NCBI RefSeq assembly: GCF_006345805.1
Contig: NC_043019.1
Span: 28,395,360 to 28,459,359 of the forward strand
Direction of reading: 5' to 3'
Origin: Octopus sinensis
Lineage: Eukaryota
DNA length: 64,000 nucleotides
In this document: piece after piece, positions 37,917 through 64,000 of the stretch
Position numbering within the stretch: the first letter of the stretch is position 1
Layout: each line of letters begins with the position of its first letter
The notes under the pieces: model-generated
What the model was told of the DNA's origin: nothing
The model's input: only the letters and a program-made list of their open reading frames with translations
Databases searched by the model: none
Position numbers and translations under genes: made by a program

Positions 37917-38622
37917 GTCATTTAACTGTTTAAGACAACTTAATGAGGCTCTGGCAGGGGGTGGTGGCGAACCCTGCTGTGCTCTTTCACCACAACTTTC
38001 TCTCACACTTTCTTCCTGTTTCTGTTGTACCTGTATTTCAAAGGGCCAGCCTTGTCACACTCTGTGTCACGCTGAATCTCCTCGAGAACTACATTAAGGG
38101 TACACATGTCTGTGGAGTGCTCAGCCACTTGCACATTAATTTCACGAGCAGGCTGTTCCGTTGATCAGATCAACTAGAACCCTCATCGTCGTAACTGACA
38201 GACTGCCATAGTATTTCCTGACATACAAGTTGACATAGAATATTGTGTAAACGTGTAATGTAAGCATTCAAACATTGTCATTATCTTTCCAAATCCTGCT
38301 GCATTTCAAATGGAATTTTTGGTCCTCCAAAGTCAAATTGGTGTCTAAGTCAATCTACCTTTTTTGGCTGTAAATTTTGATATGAAAAATTTGACTTGTA
38401 TGCCAGAAAATACTGTATATCTATTGTGTAATTTTTAACTATTTCTTCCTTCAGTGTGAGTGCTCTTTTAGTTTTGCAGACAAAGTCATAAATAACAATA
38501 ATCTGATGCATATTATCACTATATATTTTATTGATTGTTTGGGGGTGAAAAACGGGGCCTCCAATCACTTTTTTAAATTCAGAATAGAAAGGAGAAAAGT
38601 AAAAGTATGTTAGGTTGAATAT

Positions 38623-38628
38623 TTTATT
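38623..38628 (-). terminator. Candidate AADAT polyadenylation signal (AATAAA on - strand)
   Basis: tttatt on + strand, ~77 nt past the stop codon. Confidence 0.4.
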
Positions 38629-38704
38629 GTTTCCATCCAGCCAACGACCTGTAATTAGTTACCAAAAACCTGTTATAACAATGAACCACAAATAGAATTG
38701 TCAT

Positions 38705-60857
<22,153 letters not shown>

Positions 60858-60977
60858 AATTGAAGTTGGATTTATCTGAAAAAAAAAGAAGAGAAGAAAA
60901 AGAAAAGAAACAAAGAAAATAAAAGCAAAATAGCAAACTTTTTTAAAATGTAGTTCAGTTCATGCATACATTTTGTA

Positions 60978-61607
60978 TGAGCTGGCAGAAACATTAGCAC
61001 GCTAGGCGAAATGCGTAGCCGTATTTCGTCTGCTGTTACGTTGTGAGTTCAAATTCCGCCAAGGTCGACTTTGCCTTTCATCCTTTTGGGGTTGATAAAT
61101 TAAGTACCAGTTACGCACTGGGGTCGATGTAATCGACTTAATCCCTTTGTCTGTCCTTGTTTGTCCCCTCTATGTTTAGCCCTTTGGGGGTAATAAAGAA
61201 ATAAGAATCGTTAGCTTAGCGGCATTTCGTCCATCTTTACGTTCTGAGTTCAGATTCCACCGAGGTCAACTTTGCCTTTCATCCTTTTGGGGTCAATAAG
61301 TTAAGTACCAGTTACGCACTGGGGTCGATGTAATCGACGTAATCCCTTTATTTGTTCTTGTTTGTCCCCTTTATGTTTAGCCCTTTGGGGGTAATAAAGA
61401 AATAAGAATCATTAGCTTAGCGGCATTTCGTCCATCTTTACGTTCTGAGTTCAGATTCCACCGAGGTCAACTTTGCCTTTCATCCTTTTGGGGGTCGATA
61501 AATTAAGTACCAGTTACACACTGGGGTCGATGTAATCGACGTAATCCCTTTGTCTGTCCTTGTTTGTCCCCTCTATGTTTAGCCCCTTGTGGGCAATAAA
61601 GAAATAT
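60978..61607 (+). mobile_element. SINE family 3 head-to-tail trimer (~200-bp period)
   Basis: One near-full copy plus two 5'-shortened copies sharing diagnostic substitutions. Confidence 0.85.
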
Positions 61608-63309
61608 ATTATAATTCTACTTGTCACTCTGTTAGTGTGTTGCTACATGTATTATGCACTGTTGGGCAGTCATCACTAAAAATTGGTATTGTTATTAAGG
61701 TGGCAAGCCAGTAGGGTTGTTAGGACACCAGACATAATGTTTCATGACATTTTTTCCAGCTTGTACCTTCTGAGTTCAAATTACATTGAGGTCAACTTTG
61801 CCTTTCATTTTTTTGGGGATTTTTGCTATTATTATATTCTGAAACAAAGGTTATACAGAGTTAGCAAAAACTCTGTATAATCTTTGACCCAAAAAGGTAT
61901 GTCCTCAAATATCTTATGCAACCTGTATATGGCTTCTTTTAGTTTCCATATACCAAATCCTCACATAAGACTGTGATCCAAGTTTCTCATCTTCCTCTCC
62001 ATTTTCTTTTGCATATAAAAAACAGTTTATGGAAGGTTTCTTTTTTCAAAAGAAATTCTTTATAAATGCATAATAAAGTAACTTTCTAAGAAGTTTTATG
62101 AATAAATAGATTTACAAAACTTTTACTTACCATATTCCGGTTGAAATACACAAACTTTGCTTCAATTCCTTTTGAGAATAATGAAGAATTTAGTAAAATA
62201 ATTTTGTTATTATTAAGTTGGTGTTCAGAACTTAAATTTACATGAAATTTCGATGGCAACTTTAATATTGATCACTTTAAAACAAGAAGCTTGCATCATC
62301 ATCGTCCCAAGAGCAGTCTTCTGTGTCTGTTTTGGCAGGGCTTTTATGGCTGGATGCCCTTCCTAATACCAACCACCCCACAGAGTAGGCTGAGTGCTTT
62401 TTATGTGGCTCCAGTACAGGCAAACATATGGTAACATAAGATGAAGGAAAGGATCATGTGACAAGTTATTACTTTTGCATGATTAACCTATAAGGTCAGC
62501 TCATATTTTTTAAATGAGAAATAATAATTAGAAGTCGTTCTCATTCTGCTTCACACTCATTGAATAAATTAAAAAATATTTTCAAAAAATAAATTTTGAT
62601 GCAAAACTATTTGTTGCAATAAATTAAGTAAATCTAAAACAATTTATAAATATGAAACTTACTATCATAAATAAGAACATGAATTATATTGTGTCACAAT
62701 ATCCCTAAAGCTGATGCTTCATAGTCCAGAATTACTGATGACAGCAATGTCCAAGAACATAGATTTCATTGAAGATTTCATTCGAGAGGCACAAGCATGG
62801 CTGTGTCATAAGAAGTTTGCTTCTCAACCACGTGGTTGTGTGGTCAGTACTACCATATAGCACCTTGAGCAAAGGTATTCCATTATTACTTCAGACTGAC
62901 CAAAGCCTTGTGAGTGAATTTGAATGCCAGAAACTGAAAGAAGTCCACCATGTGTGTAGCTTTGGACATCCACATACAGGACTTCAAGTTTCTGTGTCAA
63001 CAATACAATGATTGACACACCTTTATTGTGTGTTTGTCACTGGACATATGAGAACTGAAGAAGTGCAGTGATCCTTGTATCATTGAACCAGAAACTTGAA
63101 GTTCTGTACGTGAGTCTCCATAACTGTATTATTCAATGAATATAGCCCTCTATTAACAACAATATTGAGGTCTACAACTTTTGTTCTCGTGCATAGTTTG
63201 TCAATATATATATATATGTATGTCTGTATGTCATTATTTGGTTTTATTTTAAGATTTCTTGCTAAAAGAGGAAGAGCTGGTTTCTAACCTCAATCCAGGG
63301 CTCCTCCAT

Positions 63310-63760
63310 TGCAGCAAAAGTAGTACCTTCTTCTTGGTTATGAATAAATTCTCCAATTGAATTTGCTATGCTGTCTGACAAGAACGAACCTGAAGTATTT
63401 TCAAACTTCTTCAACATTATTTCCAGTAACTGTTGGTATTGTTGTTGTTGCTGTTGTAGCTGTAACAACTGTTGTTGCTGATATTGTTGCTGTTGCAACT
63501 GTACCATGCGAGCCAACAAGTCTTCCATATTAATGATTTTTTTCTTTGGTTTCGTATATCTCGTAGCCACTTTTATTATCCTTGACACATGCTGGATATA
63601 TAATTTACACAGCGGGGGTTTAATCGGTGTGTTCACACGAAGTACTTCGTAAAACTACCAACCGCTCACCCCCGACTACTACTGACCTCTACTCTTTATA
63701 AGAATTCAGCTAGTCCATTCTTCCAATTCCTCAGGGGTGTCAATGACTCTCACCACAACA
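63310..63760 (-). mobile_element. Truncated Gypsy-type LTR retrotransposon: LTR-like segment, PBS-like site, gag N-terminus
   Basis: TGTTGTG start (63760), TGGCTACGAG PBS-like (63569-63560), then MEDLLARMVQLQQQQ...DSIANSIGEFIHNQEEGTTFAA from 63528, after which homology stops. Confidence 0.6.
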
Positions 63761-64000
63761 TATTTAACAATGAAATCAATTGATGTTTTATATTTGCATA
63801 TATTTCCATTGAATGTAATTTTGCAATCTCAAGTAATGTTATCATAATTTCTTTGTTAATTGGTAACTGTAAAATTAAGCAAATAAAATGTCTATACATT
63901 TACAGAGTTATAGAGAGAAACAGCTGTGTATTGCAGTGGTTATATTCTGTAAAAGGAGTAAAGGAGTAAAGATCCCCTTCGGTCACGAATGACCATAGGA

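Noticed and set aside
62658-62790. Possible AADAT 5'UTR exon ending at a GTAAG donor (62662)
   Set aside because: Donor match only, with no promoter or acceptor support; cannot be called without cDNA.

Overview
Eukaryotic, AT-rich, microsatellite- and retroposon-dense genomic DNA, most likely an octopus (inferred from the tRNA-derived SINE families, RTE (GAT)n tails and (TA)n load; no database search was possible). It holds two intron-rich, convergently transcribed genes. (1) The 3' 21 coding exons of the AP-3 complex subunit delta gene (AP3D1/garnet/mocha orthologue; + strand, 537..30240). All junctions are GT-AG and in phase; the 5' exons lie before the window. (2) A complete 11-coding-exon kynurenine/alpha-aminoadipate aminotransferase gene (AADAT/KAT-II; - strand, 60857..38705; 1281 nt = 426 aa + stop), with the PLP lysine and the other active-site residues intact. 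Introns and the ~8.5 kb intergenic region are filled with tRNA-head SINEs, 5'-truncated RTE LINE ends, piggyBac-, Tc1/mariner-, Tigger- and hAT-type MITEs, a Helentron/HINE-like element, a truncated Gypsy LTR-gag and long microsatellites. Most notable: (a) a cluster of minimal type I hammerhead-ribozyme-like motifs of several variant families, mostly next to (TA)n tracts in AADAT introns, two tied to fold-back palindromes, consistent with Penelope-like element pseudo-LTR remnants; (b) a 200-bp, 199/200 perfect hairpin in an AADAT intron; (c) adjacency of two genes that both touch ommochrome pigment-granule biology. Homologies are from remembered human protein sequences and family motifs, not computed alignments; repeat boundaries are approximate unless a TSD is given.
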